64,000 nucleotides of DNA, taken from an uncultured Candidatus Saccharibacteria bacterium (GTDB lineage Bacteria; Patescibacteriota; Doudnabacteria; UBA920; 2-01-FULL-46-14). A model generated the notes under the pieces. The model was not told the DNA's origin and made no database searches. It saw only the letters and a list, made by a program, of their open reading frames with translations. Positions within the stretch are counted from its first letter, which is position 1, and every line of letters begins with the position of its first letter. This document shows positions 55,158-64,000 of this stretch, piece by piece. Location: positions 110 to 64,109 of the forward strand of contig CAYNFS010000003.1 in assembly GCA_964396685.1 (NCBI GenBank). The letters run 5' to 3'. A program made the translations under genes and the position numbers.

Positions 55158-55823
55158 ATGATCCCATCTCTCAAAGATCTTATGACCAAAGAAGTAGTGG
55201 CAGTGACTCCCGAAACGCCGCTCATTAAGGCGGTAGATCTTCTTTTGAAAGGAGATTTTTCCGGCCTTCCCGTGATAGATGAAGACAAAACTTTGGTCGG
55301 GATTGTCACCGATTACGATTTGGTGCTGAGAGGCTCTACAATTCACCTCCCGACTTTTTTGAAGCTTTTGAAAGAATTTCAGGTGTACAAAAAAGATCAA
55401 GGGTTAATCAAGGGCGAAATCAAAAAGATTTTGACCATGACCGTTGCGGACGTGATGAATGCTGAACCGTTAACTTTGTCAGTTGACGCTTCAATTAACG
55501 AAGCGATTGAGGCTTTTAGCCAACACCATCGGGTTAACCCCATCATTATAGTTGATAAAAATCACAAGCTTTGCGGGGTGATCAGTCGGTTTGATATGCT
55601 AAAACTTTACGGCTCGCCGTCGGTCGTTCGAAATTTAAAACGCCAGACTGACCGCGAGCTAGACCAAGATATTAATCGATTTCTTTTGGACTTTGAAAAA
55701 CAGTTTATTTTGGTAAGCAAAACTCGGACCCATTACTGGCTCCTGTTCAGCCTGCTTTTCGCAGTTATCGGCTTTCTGATAGCTTTTGCCATCATTATCC
55801 GCATTACTTTTAAAGGGCCTTGA
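55158..55823 (+). CDS. CBS-pair domain protein with a C-terminal TM helix
   Basis: Two CBS motifs (LMTKEVVAVTPETPL...GLPVIDEDKTLVGIVTDYDL; VMNAEPLTLSVDAS...VNPIIIVDKNHKLCGVISRFDM) and a terminal helix. Confidence 0.75.
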   Translation: MIPSLKDLMTKEVVAVTPETPLIKAVDLLLKGDFSGLPVIDEDKTLVGIVTDYDLVLRGSTIHLPTFLKLLKEFQVYKKDQGLIKGEIKKILTMTVADVMNAEPLTLSVDASINEAIEAFSQHHRVNPIIIVDKNHKLCGVISRFDMLKLYGSPSVVRNLKRQTDRELDQDINRFLLDFEKQFILVSKTRTHYWLLFSLLFAVIGFLIAFAIIIRITFKGP

Positions 55824-56034
55824 CAGATTTCTTGGCTTGAGTACTATTAAGGTATGCAAAATTTGATAACCTGGTAAAGCCATTAAGTTGGCCCTTTTTG
55901 TATTTCGCATTAAGGGAGATTTTTCGCGTCCATATGATCATCAAAACACACGAACTGCTCAAGATTCCTTCCAGCAAAAGCGCTTCTTTGAGGCGGAAAC
56001 GTTTTGGCGGAATCGAAGATATAATGGAGCTCCC

Positions 56035-59000
56035 GAATCTCATAGAGATTCAGACCCAGTCCTACCGCTGGTTTTTCGAAAAGGGACTTAAAGAACTTTT
56101 TGGAGAAATTAATCCGATCAGGGATTTTACGGGGAAAAACCTGGAGCTTAATTTTGGACAGTACTTTTTGGATAAGCCAAAGTTCAGCGAGCTTACCGCA
56201 AAGGAGCGGAATACAACTTATGAGGCTCCCTTGTATGTGCAGGTCAAGCTTGTAAATAAAGCTAAAAACAAGACTAAGACGCAAGACGTCTATCTAGGCG
56301 ATTTTCCGTTAATGACTAACCGGGGGACTTTTGTGATAAATGGCGTAGAGAGAGTCGTGGTATCGCAGCTTATCAAATCGCCTGGAGTATTTTTCAGCGC
56401 CGTTTATGCGCGGGGTCGGAATTGGTACGGAGCCAAAATTATCCCCAATCGCGGCGCTTGGCTTGAATTCGACACCGATCTGAATGGCGTGATTGGAGTA
56501 AAGATTGACCGCAAGCGGCGCATTCCTGTGACTGCTCTCCTGCGGGTGTTTGGACTGGCTTCTGATGAAGAGATTCTGGCGACTTTCGCCGACATTGATA
56601 CCAACCCAGACCTCAAATATATACAAAATACCCTGGAGAAAGATTCTGCAAAGAATGCGGACGAAGGGTTCAAAGAGGTTTACAAACGTATCCGGCCGGG
56701 AGATTTGGCCACAGTCGACAATGCCCGTTCTTTGATTGAAGCAATGTTTTTCAACTTTGACCGGTACGATTTATCGCCAGTAGGTCGCTATAAGTTTAAT
56801 CAACGGCTTAACATTCCCGCCGAGCGCGGTGAGCAGCGAATTCTCACGAAAGATGATTTGATAAAAGCTGTTAGGGAAATTGTGAGACTTAACAGTACAC
56901 AGGAGCCGTCGGATGACATCGATCACCTTGCCAACCGTCGGGTTCGGGCCGTGGGAGAGCTTATTCAGGCCAAGTTCCGCGTGGGGCTGGCGCGGATGAG
57001 CCGAATTGCCAAGGATCGCATGAGCTTGGCAGACTTGGAAACAGTCAGCCCGGCCCAGCTCATTCACGTGCGGCCGATCGTGGCTGTTCTTCAGGAATTT
57101 TTCTCATCTTCGCAACTTTCCCAATTCATGGACCAGACCAACCCTTTGGCAGAGCTTGAGCATAAGAGGCGGCTTTCGGCCATGGGACCGGGAGGACTCT
57201 CCCGTGAGCGCGCCGGATTTGAGGTCAGAGATGTGCACCGCTCGCACTACGGCAGGCTTTGTCCGATTACCACACCGGAAGGTCCAAACATCGGCTTGGT
57301 AGCGCACCTGGCAACCTATGCGAGACTTAACGAGTTTGGATTCATAGAGACGCCGTACCGCAAAGTGGTCAAAGAAACAGATGACCGCCGGCGCGCAACA
57401 GACGAGATTGTCTACCTTGATGCGTTTGAGGAAAGCCAGTACGTTATTGCTCAGGCCAATACTCGGATTGATAAAGATGGTTATTTTTCAGAGGAACGAG
57501 TGCCGGTGCGAGTGCACGGCGAACCTTCTATCGCCTCAACGTCCAAGATAGACTTTATGGATGTTTCTCCGAAGCAAATCGTATCAGTGACAACTTCCCT
57601 TATTCCTTTCCTGGAGCATGATGACGCCAACCGCGCCCTTATGGGTTCCAACATGCAGCGGCAAGCAGTACCTTGCATTCGCCCCCAGGCTCCCATTGTG
57701 GGGACCGGCGTCGAAGAGCGGACTGCTTTTGATTCCGGGCAAATCGTGATTTGCGAAGGATCAGGAACTGTACATTCCGTCGGCGGAGAAAAAATTGTGA
57801 TTTTGGAAGATGAAGGAACAAAGCGGGAGTATATGCTGAAAAAGTTTTTGCGCTCCAACACCTCAACCAGCATAAACCAGAAACCGATTGTCAGAAAAGG
57901 CGACAGGGTTTTGCGCGGGCAGGCTTTGGCCGACGGGCCTGCCACCGAGTTCGGAGAATTGGCGCTTGGGCAAAATGTTTTGGTCGCCTTTATCTCCTGG
58001 AGCGGATACAATTATGAGGACGCTGTCATCATATCTTCCAGGCTTTTGCAGGATGACCGTTACAGCTCAATCCACATCGAGGATTTTAAAGTAGATGTGA
58101 GGGACACCAAGTTGGGCCCCGAGATTGTGACCCGCGATATCCCCAATGTTGGTGAGGAAAAACTTAAAGATTTGGACGAGTCTGGCGTTGTCCGGATTGG
58201 CGCGCAGGTCAAGGCCGGCGATATTCTCGTGGGCAAAATTACCCCAAAAGGAGAGACCGATCTTACAGCGGAGGAAAAACTTTTGCGGGTGATTTTTGGA
58301 GAGAAAGCGCGCGATGTCAAAGATACTTCTTTGACCCTTCCTCATGGAGAGTACGGCAAAGTGGTAAATATCAGGGAATTTTCCCGCGAAAAAGGCGATA
58401 AGCTGCCTTCCGGAGTCATTCGGTCCATACAAGTTTCGGTTGCGGTAGTCAGGAAAATTTCCATGGGCGACAAAATGGCTGGCCGGCACGGGAATAAGGG
58501 AGTAATTTCCAAGATCGTCCCGGTTGAGGATATGCCGTTTATGGCTGACGGGACGCCGGTGGACATTATCTTGAATCCCTTGGGAGTTGCTTCCCGCATG
58601 AATTTGGGACAAATTCTGGAAACCCACTTGGGATTGGCCGCTCATAAATCGGGTTACAAAGCCGCAAGTCCTGTACTAGACGGAGTGCGAGAAAACCTTA
58701 TCAGGCAGGAACTTAAGCAGGCTGGGTATCCGGAAGACGGAAAGGTGGCGCTGTACGACGGTCGCAACGGCGCTCCCTTTGAGTCCAAAGTGACCGTGGG
58801 ATATATCTATATGATGAAGCTTCATCACTTAGTGGATGACAAGATGCACGCCCGCTCCACCGGGCCTTACTCTTTAATCACGCAGCAGCCTTTGGGTGGC
58901 AAGGCGCAGTTCGGCGGGCAACGTTTCGGCGAAATGGAAGTCTGGGCCTTGGAAGGCTATGGCGCGGCTCATACCTTGCAAGAGATGCTGACCATCAAAT

Positions 59001-59254
59001 CCGACGATGTCGTAGGCAGAAGCAAAACTTACGAATCTATTGTGAAGGGCGAGCCTATTAAAACGCCCAATGTGCCGGAATCCTTCCGGGTCTTAGTCAA
59101 AGAGCTTGAGTCTTTGTGCTTGGACGTATCTCTGGTTGGCGAAGAAGAAAAAGAACGAGATCAAGAAGGCGAAATCGGCGAGTTAACCACTCCCGAGCAG
59201 GAGGCACCAAAACAATATCCAGAAGAAAAAGCTAAAGAAAAAGCCCGAGCTTAA
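56035..59254 (+). CDS. rpoB: DNA-directed RNA polymerase subunit beta
   Basis: [19 protein letters not shown]..., [36 protein letters not shown]. Start moved to the internal Met; the track ORF begins at 55898. Confidence 0.95.
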
Positions 59255-59273
59255 TTACTAACTTTGCTTTTCA

Positions 59274-62200
59274 ATGTTTCAGAAGACTTCTGAATTTAAG
59301 GCTGTACAATTAAAGCTTGCTTCCGCCGAGCAGGTTTTAGAGTGGTCTTATGGAGAGGTAACCAAACCGGAGACTATTAATTACCGAACGCAGCGCCCCG
59401 AAAAAGACGGGTTATTTGACGAAAAGATTTTTGGGCCCGTCAAAGACTGGGAGTGCTACTGCGGCAAGTACAAACGGATTCGTTACAAAGGGATAATTTG
59501 CGACAAGTGCGGAGTCGAGGTAACACGCGCCCAAGTGCGGCGCGAGCGGATGGGGCATATCAAACTTGCAGTGCCCGTTGCTCATATCTGGTTTTTGCGG
59601 GGAGTGCCTTCCCGTTTGGGGTTAATTTTGAATTTATCAGTCCAAGAGCTGGAAAAAGTGGTCTATTTTGCCGCCTACATCATTACCCAAGTCAAAGAAG
59701 ATTTGGTAGCTGAAACCTTGGCCCAGATTGAAAAGGAATACAAGATCAAACATCGAGAGATTGAAACCCGCCATGAGAAATTGCGCGCCAAAGCCAAAGA
59801 GGATGCCGCCAGACTCGCGGAAAATATGCAGCACGAGCTTGCGGGCCTAGACAAGATTCGCGAGCTTGCGCGCACAGAGCTTCGCTCACTCAAGAAAATG
59901 CAGGTGATTTCAGAGCTCGAATACCGCGATTTGTCTCTTAAATATGGCCCCGTATTCAAAGCGGGCATTGGCGCCGAAGCCGTTTATCAGCTGGTTAAAG
60001 AAATTGATCTGGAAAAATTAATCGTTGAGCTCGAACAGGAGCTCAAAACCGCCGAAGGAGCAGTAAGGCGCAAACTCATCAAACGGTTAAAGCTTGCCAA
60101 GTCTCTCCTCAAAGGGGGGATGCGGCCGGAATGGATGCTGATTTTTGCACTGCCGGTCATCCCGCCGGACTTGCGCCCGATGGTGCAATTGGATGGGGGA
60201 CGGTTTGCCGCCTCCGACCTTAATGATTTATACCGGCGGGTGATTAATCGCAATAACCGTCTCAAGAGGCTTCTGGAGATCAACGCTCCAGAAGTTATCA
60301 CCCGAAACGAGAAGCGCATGTTGCAGGAAGCGGTTGATGCCTTGATTGACAATTCCATTCGGCACGGCAAAGAAGTAACGGCTTCCACCGGCCAGCGCCG
60401 GAAGCTCCGTTCGCTTGCCGACATGCTTAAAGGCAAACAGGGGAGGTTTCGGCAGAATTTGCTCGGCAAACGGGTTGACTACTCCGGCCGGTCGGTAATC
60501 GTGGTCGGTCCGGAACTTAAACTTCACCAGTGCGGTTTGCCAAAGCGCATGGCCTTGGAGCTTTTTAAGCCATTTGTGATTTCGAAATTAATTTCCCGCG
60601 AGTTTGCGCACAATGTGCGTTCGGCAAACAGACTCATTGAACAGGAGCGCGCTGAGGTTTATGACATTTTGGAAGAGGTTACCCGCGACCACTTTGTGCT
60701 TTTGAACAGAGCGCCGACGTTGCACCGCCTAGGCTTTCAGGCTTTTCAACCCGTACTCATTGAGGGCAAAGCGATTCAGATTCATCCCATGGTTTGCCAG
60801 GCCTTTAATGCGGATTTCGACGGAGATCAGATGGCGGTACACGTGCCGCTCACCTCGCAAGCCCAATATGAAGCCAAAGAGATGATGGTATCTTCGCACA
60901 ATCTTTTGAAGCCCGCTTCTGGAGAGCCGATCATGACCCCGGACAAAGACGTCGTGCTCGGCTGCTACTACATTACCCAAATGCAGGATGGACAAAAGGG
61001 CGAAGGCAAGATATTCAGCAGTTTCAGGGAAGCAATTTTGGCCTATCAGTCAGAACATTTATCGGTAAGGGCAAAAATTAAAGTCCGAGATGACGGGGAG
61101 AAGAAACTTATTGAGACCTGCGTGGGGCGGATTTTATTTAACGAGCTCCTGCCGGAGGATCTGCGATTTATCAACGAAGTGATGGAAAAGAAGCGCTTGC
61201 GGCAGGTTTTGCGGGCCTGCTATCGGCAGTATGGCAACGAACGCACCGCGCTTCTCATTGACGATATAAAAAATATCGGATTTGGGCATCTGACGAGCTC
61301 GGGATTATCATGGGGGATGGATGACCTGCGCGTTCCCGAAATCAAGCTCAAACTTTTGCAGGAAGCCGACTTGGAAGTCCAAAAAACTTATGAACAATAT
61401 CAAGAGGGACTTTTGACCGAGTCAGAGCGATACAACCGGGTGGTGGAAATTTGGGCGGAAGTAAGAGACAAGGTCACTGACGCGGTAACCAAATCTCTGG
61501 ATCCCCACGGGCCTGTCTATTCCATGGTGATTTCAGGTGCCCGCGGCTCGCTCTCTCAAGTGTCCCAGATGACCGGGATGAAAGGCTTGGTTGTGAATCC
61601 GGCAGGCGATGTTATTGAGCTGCCGGTGCGGGACAGTTTCAAAGAAGGATTGAGCATTTTGGAATATTTTATTTCCACTCACGGCTCGCGCAAAGGGATG
61701 AGCGACACGGCGTTGCGCACCGCTGACGCGGGATATTTGACGCGACGGCTGGTGGATGTGGCGCAGGACGTGGTGATCAATGCCGAGGATTGCGGAACCA
61801 AGGATGGAATTGTGATCGCGAGACGGTACAGCGAGGAAATGAACAAATCTTTGGGCGAGCGTTTATTCGGGCGAGTGCCCGCCCAAGATGTGCTCGATCC
61901 CAAAACCAGAAAGGTTTTGGTAAGGCGCGGGCAAGTTGTGGATGACGGCCTGGCCGAGGTTTTAGAAAAAAGCGGGGTGGGAGAAGTGGCGGTTCGTTCC
62001 GTATTGCATTGCAAACTTAAGCGCGGCATCTGTGCTGCTTGTTACGGGTTTGATTTGGGGTATAACGAAATGGTGAAATTGGGTGCGGCTGTGGGGATCG
62101 TTGCGGCTCAAGCCATCGGCGAACCGGGAACGCAGCTTACCATGCGCACTTTTCACACGGGGGGCGTAGCCGGCTTGGACATCACTCAAGGGTTGCCCCG

Positions 62201-63125
62201 CGTTGAGGAGCTGTTCGAAGCCCGGGATCCAAAGGGGCAGGCAGTACTTGCGGAAATCGACGGCATAGTCTATATTTCGCGGCCTTCTTCAAAGGAGACG
62301 GTCTTGCGTATTGAGACACAGGATATTCAAAAAGACGAATATCTGCTTCCGGCTGGCCGGCCTGCCACCATCACCGATGGCGAGAAGGTCAAAAAGGGAG
62401 ACCCGATTTTGATTGATGAGAGAGGCCAGAGCGTCAAAGCGAAGAATTCGGGAATTGTAAAGCTTGAAGCGATGTCAGATGGCCAAAAAAAGGTCGTGGT
62501 GATAAGGGAGGCGGAAAATTTTAGAGAATACACGGTGCCGGCAGGCATACGCGTGGTAGTCAAAGATGGTGATTTGGTGACAAAAGGCCAGCAACTGACT
62601 GAAGGCAACTTTAATCTTCATCAGCTTATGGCGCTTAAGTCTGTGGAAGAATGCCAAAATTACATTATTAAAGAAGTGCAGGCCATTTATTCCTCGCAAG
62701 GGCAGAATATCTCGGACAAGCATATCGAAATTATCGTCCGCCAGATGTTTGGCAAATTGCGCGTTGTTGATCCGGGCGATTCTGAATTTTTGGTCGGCGA
62801 CGTGGCGGACCGACTCCGATTAGACGAAGTCAACAAAAAGCTGGGTAAAAAAGGGGAAAGGAAAGTTCAGGCCGAACAGTTGCTTTTGGGGATTACAAAA
62901 GCCGCGCTTAATACCGAATCATTTCTGGCGGCGGCTTCTTTTCAGGAGACGACAAGGGTGCTGATTGAGGCTGCGGTGACCGCAAAGAGCGATTATTTGC
63001 GCGGACTTAAGGAAAACGTGATTATCGGCAAACTCATTCCCGCCGGCACCGGTTTTAGCAAAGAGCGATTGCTTCAAAGCGAAGGTGAAATCGCCGCGAG
63101 CGAGCTTGTGACCGGCGAAGAATAA
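59274..63125 (+). CDS. rpoC: DNA-directed RNA polymerase subunit beta'
   Basis: Zn-binding CYCGKYKRIRYKGIICDKCGVEV, NADFDGDQMAVHVPL catalytic motif, trigger loop and G-loop regions. Confidence 0.95.
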   Translation: MFQKTSEFKAVQLKLASAEQVLEWSYGEVTKPETINYRTQRPEKDGLFDEKIFGPVKDWECYCGKYKRIRYKGIICDKCGVEVTRAQVRRERMGHIKLAVPVAHIWFLRGVPSRLGLILNLSVQELEKVVYFAAYIITQVKEDLVAETLAQIEKEYKIKHREIETRHEKLRAKAKEDAARLAENMQHELAGLDKIRELARTELRSLKKMQVISELEYRDLSLKYGPVFKAGIGAEAVYQLVKEIDLEKLIVELEQELKTAEGAVRRKLIKRLKLAKSLLKGGMRPEWMLIFALPVIPPDLRPMVQLDGGRFAASDLNDLYRRVINRNNRLKRLLEINAPEVITRNEKRMLQEAVDALIDNSIRHGKEVTASTGQRRKLRSLADMLKGKQGRFRQNLLGKRVDYSGRSVIVVGPELKLHQCGLPKRMALELFKPFVISKLISREFAHNVRSANRLIEQERAEVYDILEEVTRDHFVLLNRAPTLHRLGFQAFQPVLIEGKAIQIHPMVCQAFNADFDGDQMAVHVPLTSQAQYEAKEMMVSSHNLLKPASGEPIMTPDKDVVLGCYYITQMQDGQKGEGKIFSSFREAILAYQSEHLSVRAKIKVRDDGEKKLIETCVGRILFNELLPEDLRFINEVMEKKRLRQVLRACYRQYGNERTALLIDDIKNIGFGHLTSSGLSWGMDDLRVPEIKLKLLQEADLEVQKTYEQYQEGLLTESERYNRVVEIWAEVRDKVTDAVTKSLDPHGPVYSMVISGARGSLSQVSQMTGMKGLVVNPAGDVIELPVRDSFKEGLSILEYFISTHGSRKGMSDTALRTADAGYLTRRLVDVAQDVVINAEDCGTKDGIVIARRYSEEMNKSLGERLFGRVPAQDVLDPKTRKVLVRRGQVVDDGLAEVLEKSGVGEVAVRSVLHCKLKRGICAACYGFDLGYNEMVKLGAAVGIVAAQAIGEPGTQLTMRTFHTGGVAGLDITQGLPRVEELFEARDPKGQAVLAEIDGIVYISRPSSKETVLRIETQDIQKDEYLLPAGRPATITDGEKVKKGDPILIDERGQSVKAKNSGIVKLEAMSDGQKKVVVIREAENFREYTVPAGIRVVVKDGDLVTKGQQLTEGNFNLHQLMALKSVEECQNYIIKEVQAIYSSQGQNISDKHIEIIVRQMFGKLRVVDPGDSEFLVGDVADRLRLDEVNKKLGKKGERKVQAEQLLLGITKAALNTESFLAAASFQETTRVLIEAAVTAKSDYLRGLKENVIIGKLIPAGTGFSKERLLQSEGEIAASELVTGEE

Positions 63126-63134
63126 AAAGGGTGT

Positions 63135-64000
63135 TTATTTTAACGATCTGATTTTGCCTGCAAGCTTTTCAGCGCGCAGTTTGGTTGTTTGGTAATCAGT
63201 TTTTAGTTTTTCCACGACCTCGGCAGGCGCTTTTTTGAGAAAATCTTTTTTTTCAAGCTGGGCAGAGAGTCGTTCAATTAGCCCGCTTGTTTCCTTGAGC
63301 TCTTTTTCGGTAAGAGCTTTTTCTTTCTTGGGATCAAAATCGGGAATGACGAGATAAACTTTTGTATCTTGCCAAATGAAATAGGGCATTTTCTTGTCTG
63401 ACGGCATGGAAGCAAAATTGATTTTCACGCGGGCAAGTTTTTCGATAACGGCTGCTTGGTCTTGAATCCAGGAGAGATTTTTGGAAAGTTCCAGATAGCA
63501 GGCGTAAATTTGGGCCGGATCCTGGCGGTATTCCGAGCGCAGGTTGCGCAAGCCCGTGATCAGGGATTGGAGTTTGGGAAAGCCAGCTTGTAGTTTGTAG
63601 TTTGCAGTTTGCAGTTTTGGGGGAAGGGGATATTCCTGAATCATTAAAAAGTCATCTGAAATTTGCAACCAGATATGCTCTGTCACAAACGGGATAAAAG
63701 GGTGCCAGAGTTTAAGCAATGTTTGCAAGATGTGTTGAAGGATTGCCCGAGTGGCGGTTGGGTCCCCGCCTCCGCGGGGATGCCGATTAAGCGCCATTTT
63801 TGATATTTCCAGATACCAGTCTGCGAGTTCGTGCCAGGTGAATTCGTAGAGGTTCTCCACGCTTTGCGAAAATTCGTATTTTTCCATGTTAACGTTGTTT
63901 TGTTTTATGAGTTCGGCAAGTCTTGAAAGGATCCATTCATCAGCCACGGTTTTGGATTTCAGGTCCTTAATCTGCGATCTCGAATCTTTAATCTGTTCTA
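63135..64000 (-). CDS. valS: valyl-tRNA synthetase, C-terminal part (anticodon-binding + coiled coil); the N-terminus lies beyond the window end
   Basis: ...LLKLWHPFIPFVTEHIWLQI... and the terminal coiled coil KLKTDYQTTKLRAEKLAGKIRSLK. The ORF stays open to position 64000. Contains an in-frame heptamer repeat at 63585-63630. Confidence 0.75.
   Translation of the reverse strand, partial: EQIKDSRSQIKDLKSKTVADEWILSRLAELIKQNNVNMEKYEFSQSVENLYEFTWHELADWYLEISKMALNRHPRGGGDPTATRAILQHILQTLLKLWHPFIPFVTEHIWLQISDDFLMIQEYPLPPKLQTANYKLQAGFPKLQSLITGLRNLRSEYRQDPAQIYACYLELSKNLSWIQDQAAVIEKLARVKINFASMPSDKKMPYFIWQDTKVYLVIPDFDPKKEKALTEKELKETSGLIERLSAQLEKKDFLKKAPAEVVEKLKTDYQTTKLRAEKLAGKIRSLK
63585..63630. repeat. 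heptamer tandem repeat (TGTAGTT/TGCAGTT x4) inside valS
   Basis: CTTGTAGTTTGTAGTTTGCAGTTTGCAGTTTTGG, translated on the minus strand as KLQTANYKLQAG. Confidence 0.65.

Noticed and set aside
2861-63125. Numerous antisense or alternate-frame ORFs of 60-250 aa inside gyrA, pbp1A, rpoB, rpoC, pepA and others
   Set aside because: They are embedded in strongly conserved genes on the other strand or frame, and show Arg/Ser/Pro-rich, GC-frame artefact composition.

Overview
This 64-kb window appears to be mostly core bacterial chromosome, with a replication-origin neighbourhood. The gene order jag-yidC-yidD-rnpA-rpmH on the minus strand, facing dnaA-dnaN-recF on the plus strand, supports this. Other core genes are gyrA, ruvC, ruvB, tyrS, pbp1A, pepA, tsaE, a GspE/PilB ATPase, rpsA, rpoB, rpoC and a valS fragment. 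A pentose-phosphate/gluconeogenesis gene set is also present (tkt, glpX, a putative aldolase, tal, pgi/pmi). Gene content and style (orphan metabolic genes, many TrmB regulators, a DGR-type reverse transcriptase, abundant short hairpin repeats) are consistent with a small-genome, CPR/Patescibacteria-like organism, but this is inference only. A single tRNA with anticodon UAU sits downstream of gyrA.

Interspersed with the core genes are several accessory or unusual pieces:

1. A degenerate diversity-generating retroelement. It has an Avd-like four-helix-bundle gene and a DGR-type reverse transcriptase carrying the IGNLTSQ and ADDFV motifs. The RT is broken by a frameshift at a G10 homopolymer and by a 221-nt insertion. 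The insertion is a covarying, about 135-nt structured element with a second copy elsewhere in the window.
2. A cassette-like island at 30.0-33.7 kb. Its genes are punctuated by a repeated 26-nt hairpin motif followed by a shared terminator module. It contains an orphan hisG, a hicBA pair, a TrmB regulator and secreted hypothetical proteins.
3. A second hicBA pair inserted into the 5' end of tal, with an approximately 105-bp duplication of the tal start.
4. Nucleotide-level repeat insertions that keep the reading frame. These are 7-mer tandem repeats and CTCCCCC...GGGGGAG or GTCATTCCCGCG...CGCGGGAATGAC palindromes. They lie inside tkt, tal, valS and an O-antigen-ligase-like gene.
5. Two GC-shifted islets: a radical-SAM enzyme with a divergent TrmB regulator, and a Cys-rich TyrA-like dehydrogenase with a small CPxC membrane protein.
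6. Long perfect palindromes (20, 30 and 34 bp) in intergenic regions.

No rRNA genes and no CRISPR arrays were seen. All functional calls come from reading the translated motifs by eye; no database search was run.
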